Shown here piece after piece: positions 16,141 through 23,172 of a stretch of DNA of 24,000 bases (positions within the stretch are counted from its first letter, which is position 1; the number at the start of each line of letters is the position of its first letter). The translations under genes were made by a program, and so were the position numbers. The stretch covers positions 1,407 through 25,406 of the forward strand of contig SHZH01000006.1 of NCBI GenBank assembly GCA_009692385.1. Direction: 5' to 3'. The DNA is from Gammaproteobacteria bacterium (GTDB lineage Bacteria; Pseudomonadota; Gammaproteobacteria; JABDGN01). The notes under the pieces are model-generated. The model searched no databases. It was not told the DNA's origin and saw only the letters and a program-made list of their open reading frames with translations.

Positions 16141-16313
16141 GCGGTACATAAAGCAGAAGCTGCCGTACGTAATGTCAGCGATTTCGTGCGTTTTTTACCG
16201 TTAGCTGCATCACAATCAGGAAAGCTCGTTAATTTTAATAGTCTCTCTCAAGAAATAGGGATCGCACATTCAACGATTAGTAATTATTATCAAATTAATG
16301 GCTTCGCCTTTTA
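16141..16313 (+). pseudogene. Internal fragment of a DUF4143-type AAA+ ATPase (no start codon)
   Basis: The frame opens directly after the comM stop. It reads AVHKAEAAVRNVSDFVRFLPLAASQSGKLVNFNSLSQEIGIAHSTISNYYQINGFAF*. This matches the ..F.RFL.L.A.QSG..vN...L..e.GiS..T...Y..iLe.. block of DUF4143 proteins. Confidence 0.6.
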
Positions 16314-16598
16314 ATTTATCCAAATCATTGGCATACCATTTTTTGGCTTTTTAGTCATGCTCATGGTATCCGTGGATTTCATATCCTCGTCATTCATGTC
16401 CATGGTCATATCTTCCATGTTCATCTTGCTATCCATTTTCATGGCAGGTTTAGCAGGCGTTAAATCGGGTGTAGGATAATTTTCTCTTAATTGCTTAAAT
16501 ATTTCTTTGGGCGGTGTAAAACTAAAATCTTGGAACATAACGACGACATCTTGATCGGATTTATAGGGATCGTTGGGATCTTTAATAATATATAGACT
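16311..16598 (-). pseudogene. Fragment of a CopA/PcoA-type multicopper oxidase with a Met-rich tail
   Basis: The open frame upstream of the track ATG reads ..SLYIIKDPNDPYKSDQDVVVMFQDFSFTPPKEIFKQLRENYP.. This parallels the CopA block G.LII.P.....YD.E.VV.LSDW....P..IF..LKK. A Met/Asp-rich stretch follows. There is no N-terminal domain, Tat signal or copper-ligand HxH motifs. Confidence 0.55.
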
Positions 16599-16609
16599 AT
16601 TTTTTACGT

Positions 16610-17179
16610 TTAGAAATTATAAGTAAATTCGATCTCGTTGATAAACAAACCATCATCGTTTTTAAACTGACTGGCATTGTTATAGGTAAGGTAGTGGTAG
16701 GCTAAATCATATTGTGCTTGGCTACCAAATTGAATACCAAAGCCCGCGGTTAATTCAAAGGTCGCATAGCCACCGAGTTTATTATTCGAAAATTGTTCTT
16801 GATTCATCAAGCCGATACCATAACCGAGATCGATATGCGGGGCGATGGTGTTTTCATAGGGCTGGAGTCGTTGATAACGAAAGGTTGGCGTTAAGGTGAG
16901 CATAGTGATATTGCTATAATGGGTGTTTTTTACTTTTTCGCTGTGCCAATAGGCTAAATTCGCATCCCACACACCCGTGATGTACCAATTGTTTTTGAAG
17001 GTGAAAATGTTGCCCCAATACGATTTTAAACCAATGGCAAAACCGTTCATATCTTCGGTGCCGTTGAAACTGCGAATGATACTAATACCATCTTCAGACG
17101 TATCTGCGTTCTTCGCTGCGTTGGCAATACTGAAAAAACTGCTGAATAAAATTAATAAAAATACCGCGATCTTTTTCAT
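16610..17179 (-). CDS. Small outer-membrane beta-barrel protein, PagL-like (lipid A deacylase / acyloxyacyl hydrolase family)
   Basis: A signal peptide (MKKIAVFLLILFSSFFSIANA|A) is followed by alternating amphipathic strands and a C-terminal ..FTYNF. The protein is colinear with P. aeruginosa PagL in the blocks WDA..AYW, LTPTFRY, I..G.G.G, FE...G.G..F and ..HY...NA.. The start is set at ATG 17179. Confidence 0.6.
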   Translation of the reverse strand: MKKIAVFLLILFSSFFSIANAAKNADTSEDGISIIRSFNGTEDMNGFAIGLKSYWGNIFTFKNNWYITGVWDANLAYWHSEKVKNTHYSNITMLTLTPTFRYQRLQPYENTIAPHIDLGYGIGLMNQEQFSNNKLGGYATFELTAGFGIQFGSQAQYDLAYHYLTYNNASQFKNDDGLFINEIEFTYNF

Positions 17180-17236
17180 GTTATATCCTATAAAAAACGG
17201 GTTGATCATAAACGGTATTGTAGTGCTGCACAAGAT

Positions 17237-18418
17237 TTAAAGAAACGATGAGCCCGTTGTAAGGGGTTTAATCGCTAAATGCTGCGCAATACTCTGGCCG
17301 ATATCGGCAAACGTTGAACGCTTGCCAATGCTACCATGAGGAATATGCGGACCAAACGCCAACACGGGTATATTTTCCCGCGTATGATCCGAACCGGGCA
17401 TGGTTGGATCGCAGCCGTGGTCTGCCGTGATGATCACTAAATCATCCGGCAATAATATTTTTTGTAATTCAGGTAAGCGATGGTCAAAAGCATCGAGCGC
17501 AGCGGCGTAACCTAGCACATCGCGGCGATGACCATATTTACTATCAAAGTCGACAAAATTGGAAAAAATCAGCGTTTTATCGGCGGTATTTTTTTGCATG
17601 GCGTTAAGCGTTGCGGTAAATAACGCCTCATTGCCGTCAGCATGAATTTCTTCGCTGATGCCTTGGTGTGCAAAAATATCGGCCGTTTTACCAATAGCAA
17701 TCGTGGTGCCACCTTGCCGGACTAATTGTTCTAATAAAGTTGCTGAAGGGGGCGAGGTCGCTAAATCACGGCGATTGCCGGTCCGATAATAGTTACCTTG
17801 CTCGCCTAAAAATGGTCGAGCAATCACTCGCCCAATATTATACGGATCGACTAATTTACGTGCGATATCACAAATTTCATAAAGTCGTTTCAGACCAAAA
17901 TGTTGTTCATGCGCTGCGATCTGAAATACACTATCTCCCGAGGTATAAACAATTGGCATGCCCGTTTTACTGTGCTCATCACCGAGTTCATTAATGATCT
18001 CCGTGCCAGAAGCATGTTTGTTTCCTAACACACCAGGGATTTTTGCTTGTGTAATAAACTCGCTAATTAACTCCGAAGGAAAGCAGGGAATTTGCGTTGC
18101 AAAATAGCCCCAATCAAAAGTCACGGGAACACCGGCAATTTCCCAGTGACCACTCGGCGTGTCTTTGCCTTTGCTGACTTCACTCGCGCAACCATACAGT
18201 GCAGTAATTTTTTTGGGTATCACTAAATTCGCCGGATAGTGGCCACAGCTAATTTTTAAGGCATTACCCAAACCTAATTGCAACAAATTAGGGATCTGTA
18301 GTGGGCATTGTTCAGCAATATGTCCGAATGTGTTAGCCTTCACATCGCCATAATTCGCCGCATCATCGGTAGCACCGAGACCGAAAGAATCCATTAATAA
18401 AATAATTGCGCGCGCCAT
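17237..18418 (-). CDS. deoB: Phosphopentomutase
   Basis: The protein is colinear with E. coli DeoB (..LDSFG.GAT.DA..GD..A.T.GHIAE, GKDTPSGHWEIAGVPV, YTS.DSVFQIA.HE, IGRVIARPF.G, FVDFDS.YGHRRD..GYA..L..FD.RLPE, ADHGCDPT..G.DHTRE.IPVL). Confidence 0.95.
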   Translation of the reverse strand: MARAIILLMDSFGLGATDDAANYGDVKANTFGHIAEQCPLQIPNLLQLGLGNALKISCGHYPANLVIPKKITALYGCASEVSKGKDTPSGHWEIAGVPVTFDWGYFATQIPCFPSELISEFITQAKIPGVLGNKHASGTEIINELGDEHSKTGMPIVYTSGDSVFQIAAHEQHFGLKRLYEICDIARKLVDPYNIGRVIARPFLGEQGNYYRTGNRRDLATSPPSATLLEQLVRQGGTTIAIGKTADIFAHQGISEEIHADGNEALFTATLNAMQKNTADKTLIFSNFVDFDSKYGHRRDVLGYAAALDAFDHRLPELQKILLPDDLVIITADHGCDPTMPGSDHTRENIPVLAFGPHIPHGSIGKRSTFADIGQSIAQHLAIKPLTTGSSFL

Positions 18419-18430
18419 GTCGATATATAC

Positions 18431-19738
18431 CTACGGTGTTACGGGTAAAGCAAACAGCTTTTGCCAGTTTTTTATTACGATAATAGAAAGATAAATCCAG
18501 TAACCAATTTGTAAAAACGCAAAACCAATAATCGCACCTACTACATTAAAGAAATAATCTAAGGGAATAGAAATCACGATAAAAATCACAAAAAATATCA
18601 TCGCCATACGAGTAATGCTAGAAAGATTTTTAGAAAACTGGGTTAACCACAAAAATGGGGTCAGCAAGGTGTTGATAAAAACGGTACTTGCCATCAACAC
18701 TAGCGCGACATTATAGCCAACATAATCTGCACCAAAATGGCCAAGCCAGACTTTGCCATAAAATAGTATAACCAGAAAACCAATAATTGAGGGCACAAAA
18801 CTTGCTAAAATAGATAATATTAGTAGTCGGCGTACTTTTGCGGAATTGAGCGTGGCGACGGCATTGCTAATTTCCGGTGAAAACAGTGCAAACACGCCAG
18901 TACTGACAGGATTGAAAATATTACAAATAATAGTCAACACGCCTAATACACCTGCAGCTTTAGGATCTCTTGAAAATATTTGAGCGAAGATAATGAGCAA
19001 AAATGCTGAGCACAGCGATACTAATAATAAAAGAAATAGATCGATAGTTGCTTTCGACCATTTATCACGAATAGCAGGAAACTTTTTAGTGTCTTTGGGA
19101 ATTAATTTTTTTTTGTAATTAAATAATAGGATGCCAACCCCGGAAACAACGGTCACCCCTATATAAAAAAAGATGGCCTCAATCATGAATATTTTTTTAT
19201 GTAACAGCCAAAACACACCTAATATTATTAACATTCCCACGGGCAGCGATCCGAATAAAACAAATACGGCGCGGTAACCATAACCGCCCGCTTGCGCTAA
19301 ATTACCGAAGTACCACATGATCGCATACAGCGGCACCACCCACAAAAAACTCATGATAATAGAACTATCATTGTCAGGTAACACCTGATATTTCACCAAA
19401 CTATGAATCAATAATGCGCCTAACAGGCCAATAACAAAAATGATTGCGAATTGGATCCAAGTCCGTTCACGGCTATAGCGTAAATACGCTGCGATAGCGC
19501 TGTTATTTTTTTGGTTACAATATTGTGGGATATATTTATTTAATCCCTGATCAACACCTAATAATAGACAAAGCGCAACCATGGAAATCATGGAAATTGT
19601 AGAAATATAAGCGCTATACGAAACGGAACCTAACATTCTCGTTAATAACACGGTCATTAAATAAGAGGCGAAGTAACCACCAAAGCTGATCGCTAAAATC
19701 ATGAGTATCGGTTTAATAGGTGGGTTCGAAGTATCCAT
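18431..19738 (-). CDS. Polytopic membrane protein, MOP-superfamily (Wzx/polysaccharide-biosynthesis-protein-like) flippase candidate
   Basis: This 435-aa protein has about 12 TM segments. Its N-terminus (..LLTR.LG...Y.....S....) and overall topology resemble oligosaccharide flippases. The assignment is by pattern only. Confidence 0.45.
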   Translation of the reverse strand: MDTSNPPIKPILMILAISFGGYFASYLMTVLLTRMLGSVSYSAYISTISMISMVALCLLLGVDQGLNKYIPQYCNQKNNSAIAAYLRYSRERTWIQFAIIFVIGLLGALLIHSLVKYQVLPDNDSSIIMSFLWVVPLYAIMWYFGNLAQAGGYGYRAVFVLFGSLPVGMLIILGVFWLLHKKIFMIEAIFFYIGVTVVSGVGILLFNYKKKLIPKDTKKFPAIRDKWSKATIDLFLLLLVSLCSAFLLIIFAQIFSRDPKAAGVLGVLTIICNIFNPVSTGVFALFSPEISNAVATLNSAKVRRLLILSILASFVPSIIGFLVILFYGKVWLGHFGADYVGYNVALVLMASTVFINTLLTPFLWLTQFSKNLSSITRMAMIFFVIFIVISIPLDYFFNVVGAIIGFAFLQIGYWIYLSIIVIKNWQKLFALPVTP

Positions 19739-19757
19739 CGCGTACGCTTCCTTTCAT

Positions 19758-20645
19758 TTATAAAATTTTTGACAAAAACTGCTGAATCGCTTGCTGGGTG
19801 AGTTGCGGTTGATCACGATAAATGGGATCACCGGTATTTTTAATCACAACTCTTTCCACGTTCGCATTACACATTAATTTTGCGGTGCTTTCGGAACAAA
19901 TCGGCGGATGCACCCAATCGTATTCACCCGCCAAATACAATACGGAACAGGTGATACGATATAAATCAGCCGTCAAATCAAAGGTACCAAACTCATCCGT
20001 CATAAATTTTTGCCAAGTCATAGGATGTTGCTGACACTGCGCAATTTCTTGGGGTGTATACGCATTTTTAGAATAAAGATTTATAAATAATTTATAGTTG
20101 TCAGCGTCCCAATTAGCATCCCAGTTAGCATCACACATACGCAGTTTTTCAGAAATGGCTGTGGCCTCTTCTTTCGTTTTACCAAAATATTCGGTGAGTG
20201 ATTTGTAGCATGCAGCGACGCGTTCGTCGGTTTCGCGTTTGGCATTGGTATTGCAAAGGATCAATGCAGCAACGTCGTTAGGATACCGACTGGCATAGGC
20301 TAAACTAATATAACCGCCATGTGATACACCTGCTAAGATGGGTTGCTGAATGTTTAGTGTTTGGCAAAATTCGTGTAGATCCGAAACATGTTGAGCAATA
20401 TTGAGTTTATCTAAAGTACAATCATCGCTGCGACCACTACCGCGTTGTTCATAAAAGACGATGCGTAATTTATCAGCGGCAAAACGTCCCCAAAAATCGC
20501 TATACATATGGGTATCAACTAATCCGGGAGCGCCATGAATAAACAACAACGTTTTAGTTTCTTGATCACCCAGGCTTAACGCTGGACCCAACGTCTCATA
20601 ATAAATCTGTAGTTTGTCTTTTAATTCAATATAGGCCATGAGCAT
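19758..20645 (-). CDS. Alpha/beta-fold hydrolase (prolyl aminopeptidase-like subfamily)
   Basis: Motifs present are ..LLFIHGAPG.., ..YEQRGSGRSD.., the nucleophile elbow GVSHGG and a C-terminal ..GD.I... An alternative start exists at the second ATG, 20639 (MAYIELKD). Confidence 0.8.
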   Translation of the reverse strand: MLMAYIELKDKLQIYYETLGPALSLGDQETKTLLFIHGAPGLVDTHMYSDFWGRFAADKLRIVFYEQRGSGRSDDCTLDKLNIAQHVSDLHEFCQTLNIQQPILAGVSHGGYISLAYASRYPNDVAALILCNTNAKRETDERVAACYKSLTEYFGKTKEEATAISEKLRMCDANWDANWDADNYKLFINLYSKNAYTPQEIAQCQQHPMTWQKFMTDEFGTFDLTADLYRITCSVLYLAGEYDWVHPPICSESTAKLMCNANVERVVIKNTGDPIYRDQPQLTQQAIQQFLSKIL

Positions 20646-20670
20646 ATTATAGCGAGCTTGCTGCTATAAT
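20646..20670. promoter_or_regulatory. Palindromic divergent promoter core: two TATAAT boxes as the arms of an 8-bp inverted repeat
   Basis: The sequence is ATTATAGC-gagcttgct-GCTATAAT. The plus strand carries TGcTATAAT (extended -10) 8 nt before the tsaC ATG. The minus strand carries TATAAT immediately before the hydrolase ATG. The whole intergenic region is 33 bp. Confidence 0.4.
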
Positions 20671-20678
20671 GCCACGAT

Positions 20679-21245
20679 ATGAAGATCAACTTAATAAACG
20701 CTATTCATGATGCCGTCACCTGTTTAAAAAACGGGGGGGTCATTGCGTATCCAACTGAAGCAATTTATGGCTTAGGTTGCGATCCATTTAATAAAAAGGC
20801 TGTACAACGTTTGCTCAAGATCAAACAACGTTCGATTGAAAAAGGATTGATTTTAATCGCGACTGATTGGGAGCAAGTGAAAGCACTAACCTTACCTATC
20901 CCAGAAGAAAGAATGCGTAAAATACAGGCAAGTTGGCCAGGCCCCTATACCTGGGTGTTCCCTGCTAGTCCCAAAGCACCCCCTTGGATCACGGGTAATT
21001 TTGAGACCATTGCTTTACGGATCACCGATCATCCAATCGCCCGGCAGCTATGCCGCCAATTTGGTGATCCCATTGTTTCTACCAGTGCTAACCTCGCTGG
21101 CGCATTACCTGCTAAAACAGCCGTCGAGCTGCCCGACTCGTTACTAGCTCACATTGATTTTATACTTAATGGTCAAACAGGCATCCTCGAAACCCCGACG
21201 ATGATTGCAGATGCAATAACGGGGGAAATTCTCCGGGCTATTTAG
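20679..21245 (+). CDS. tsaC: L-threonylcarbamoyladenylate synthase type 1 (t6A biosynthesis)
   Basis: The 188-aa protein is colinear with E. coli TsaC/YrdC (..VIAYPTEA.YGLGCDP....AV.RLL.IKQR...KGLILIA.., WPGP.T.VFPA, ..A.R.TDHP.., STSANL.G). Confidence 0.93.
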   Translation: MKINLINAIHDAVTCLKNGGVIAYPTEAIYGLGCDPFNKKAVQRLLKIKQRSIEKGLILIATDWEQVKALTLPIPEERMRKIQASWPGPYTWVFPASPKAPPWITGNFETIALRITDHPIARQLCRQFGDPIVSTSANLAGALPAKTAVELPDSLLAHIDFILNGQTGILETPTMIADAITGEILRAI

Positions 21246-21252
21246 TTTATCC

Positions 21253-22107
21253 TTATTCACGATAAAATATTTCTACTCCATCAGGTGAGATGGTTAGTTT
21301 TTTATGATCATAAGAAAACGATCCGTTTTCAGGAAAAGTAAAAATTTGTTTTAAATTCCCATCCACATATAAGAACAAACTTTGTAAATTTGCTTTGTAA
21401 TTATAAAATCTCAACCCAACCCCTGGTGCAAGCGGTTTATACCCACTAAACGTTAAACCAAATTGTGTTGCTATTTTGGTAGCGGGCGTTGCCTCTATTG
21501 TTAACCTACTCATATTAAGTTCTGGTGGAGATAATGGCGAAGGCATCGTAAGACTTTTTCTTGGAGAACGTCGTGCAGGAGTTAAGCATGCCGCAGGTAA
21601 TCTTGCAGAAAGTCGTGGTGGTGAACCGACCTCCATCGCCGATGACATAAAATCAATATTATCTAGATCAAGCATGGGAAGACCGCTGGGTGAAGCAGCA
21701 AGTGACGATTCTATGGTAGCTGCACTAAAGACCCGATCAAAAGACCTTTTTAACTGTCTCTTAGCTCGCGGACTCACCAGTGTAAGCGTCACATCATCTT
21801 TTCTTCTTATTGCAACCTCTTGCAGCGTGTGAAACCTTTGCAACGAAATTCTATGGAATTTTATATTTTTAACCTGGGGATTTTGAACTAAAATTGGCAG
21901 AAATTGCTGCAAAGTTTGATCATCAGCATCATGAAAAGCTATTGTTGCACAGGATAACCTTGTAAATAGGTTTTGCCAATCGAGGATAAAATCAGATTCA
22001 CCATTAATAACAGTACCATCAAATTCTATCTCTGAGGTAGCATTGTGGCGTAGACTGTTCAATCGTTGAATAGCTTGAAAACTTTCCACTGAGAAATCGT
22101 AGATCAT
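21253..22107 (-). CDS. Hypothetical protein with a central Ser/Pro/Arg-rich low-complexity region
   Basis: This is a 284-aa ORF and the only long frame here. It has a structured-looking N-terminal ~120 aa, a central stretch ..SPSG..GSPPRLSARLPAACLTPARRSPRKSLTMPSPLSPPE.. and a beta-rich C-terminus. I recognise no family. Confidence 0.6.
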   Translation of the reverse strand: MIYDFSVESFQAIQRLNSLRHNATSEIEFDGTVINGESDFILDWQNLFTRLSCATIAFHDADDQTLQQFLPILVQNPQVKNIKFHRISLQRFHTLQEVAIRRKDDVTLTLVSPRAKRQLKRSFDRVFSAATIESSLAASPSGLPMLDLDNIDFMSSAMEVGSPPRLSARLPAACLTPARRSPRKSLTMPSPLSPPELNMSRLTIEATPATKIATQFGLTFSGYKPLAPGVGLRFYNYKANLQSLFLYVDGNLKQIFTFPENGSFSYDHKKLTISPDGVEIFYRE

Positions 22108-22213
22108 ATTATTATCTCTTTATTGTATACTGGAGAACGTGTTATTCGGATTTTGATAGAGGATAACAAAAACTCCTTGAGTAAGCACGGAATTTTTTTA
22201 TCATAATGTTGAG

Positions 22214-22858
22214 TTATAGAAATGGCATTATTCCCGCTATACCTGCTTGTATACAAACTGTTCGCAAAGAATCATCAATTTTTATCCATTCTAGATAATG
22301 TTTATGTAAAAAAATAATAATTCGATCGGAGTCTTTACCGACATATTGTCTACTAGTGACATCTAATAAATCTTTGATCAATTCTATAGCTCTTTGTTTA
22401 TCATCAATTTCGAGACAAAGCGCAGCTTTTTTTAAGTTACTTTCTAATGACGTATCCAGTTTAACGCTAATAAGTGCTTGGAAAATTTTCTTAGCCTCGG
22501 TATCATCAGTAATTTCTTGCTTGAACCTTTTCAAAATATCTGTATCAGTAGGTGCTATTTTTATAGTATATTTTGAAATAATTTCCATCCAATGGATCGC
22601 ATTTAATTTTAGCTGGTCAGAAAATAATTGATCAAGATGGGGATTGATGGAGCGAAGTAATTCATTGTTCCCAGAACAATTTAAAAACTGATTAAGTGCA
22701 CATTTAAAATTTTTCCAGATCGCTTTTTTTCTAATTATATCGAAAGAATCATCATCAAGCTCTTCGCTTATCTCTTCTATAAAATTCACAAACCGAGCGG
22801 CTATGGCTACAGGGGGATCTATAGAAATGCAGGGAGGAAAAGGGTTAGAAAAGTACAT
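22214..22858 (-). CDS. Hypothetical protein, predicted all-helical, acidic
   Basis: This is a 214-aa ORF in an AT-rich region with amphipathic helix-like periodicity and no TM segments or signal peptide. I recognise no family. Confidence 0.55.
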   Translation of the reverse strand: MYFSNPFPPCISIDPPVAIAARFVNFIEEISEELDDDSFDIIRKKAIWKNFKCALNQFLNCSGNNELLRSINPHLDQLFSDQLKLNAIHWMEIISKYTIKIAPTDTDILKRFKQEITDDTEAKKIFQALISVKLDTSLESNLKKAALCLEIDDKQRAIELIKDLLDVTSRQYVGKDSDRIIIFLHKHYLEWIKIDDSLRTVCIQAGIAGIMPFL

Positions 22859-22924
22859 AAATTACCTTTATTATTATTTATTTCTAAAAATTAATCGAGT
22901 GACAGCTTAATAATAACATATGGC

Positions 22925-22952
22925 TAAAAAGGGCACTAGTAATTGTGCCCTT
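22925..22952 (-). terminator. Rho-independent terminator (minus strand), probably ending the ybiT transcript
   Basis: The minus strand reads AAGGGCAC-aattacta-GTGCCCTT followed by TTTTTA. The stem has a GC-rich 6-bp core plus 2 A-T pairs and is followed by a T-run. Confidence 0.65.
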
Positions 22953-23172
22953 AATACGATGCTCAAGGCGAAGGAGCCCCATTTGATAGGGTGAGGTAAT
23001 CTATCAAAAGTACAGCAAGAGCAGTCATAAAAGGGGACACTATTATTATTTGTATAGATAATTTCGATATGATTGGGATTAGCATAATTATTTGATCCAG
23101 ATTCGGATTTAGTGCAGCGCCTGCGCTTGGAGCAGCACAGGGAAGCTCGCCACAACTAAAAGGCGGCTATCT

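Noticed and set aside
16311-16538. 75-aa Met-rich ORF as an independent copper-binding small protein
   Set aside because: The reading frame stays open upstream of the ATG and shows colinear similarity to an internal block of CopA-type multicopper oxidases. It also sits among other gene fragments. A pseudogene relic is the more economical reading, although expression is not excluded.
20107-20130. Tandem 12-nt duplication TCCCAATTAGCA/TCCCAGTTAGCA giving ANWDANWD in the alpha/beta hydrolase
   Set aside because: Only two units are present, the duplication is in frame, and it lies in a probable surface/lid region. This is ordinary microduplication with no indication of phase variation.
21476-21832. 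118-aa plus-strand ORF opposite the 284-aa hypothetical gene
   Set aside because: It coincides with the locally GC-richer low-complexity segment of the minus-strand gene, where stop codons are depleted in all frames. The minus-strand frame is much longer and spans the whole interval.
22108-22213. Search for PmrA/CpxR-like effector promoter motifs and a terminator between the two orphan genes
   Set aside because: I found only a single TTAAT-like half-site upstream of 22858 and a 4-bp stem (ACTC-aag-GAGT) with a T-run in this interval. Neither is strong enough to report as a regulatory feature.
22907-23155. 82-codon Cys-rich ORF (..CCSKRRRC..CSCC.. with a hydrophobic tail) downstream of ybiT
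   Set aside because: Its only start is a TTG and it has no internal Met or SD. The frame runs through the intrinsic terminator hairpin (22925-22952) and stops 18 nt beyond the T-run, so a terminated transcript would lack its stop codon. I treat it as a probable non-coding 3' region and discuss it as a finding instead.
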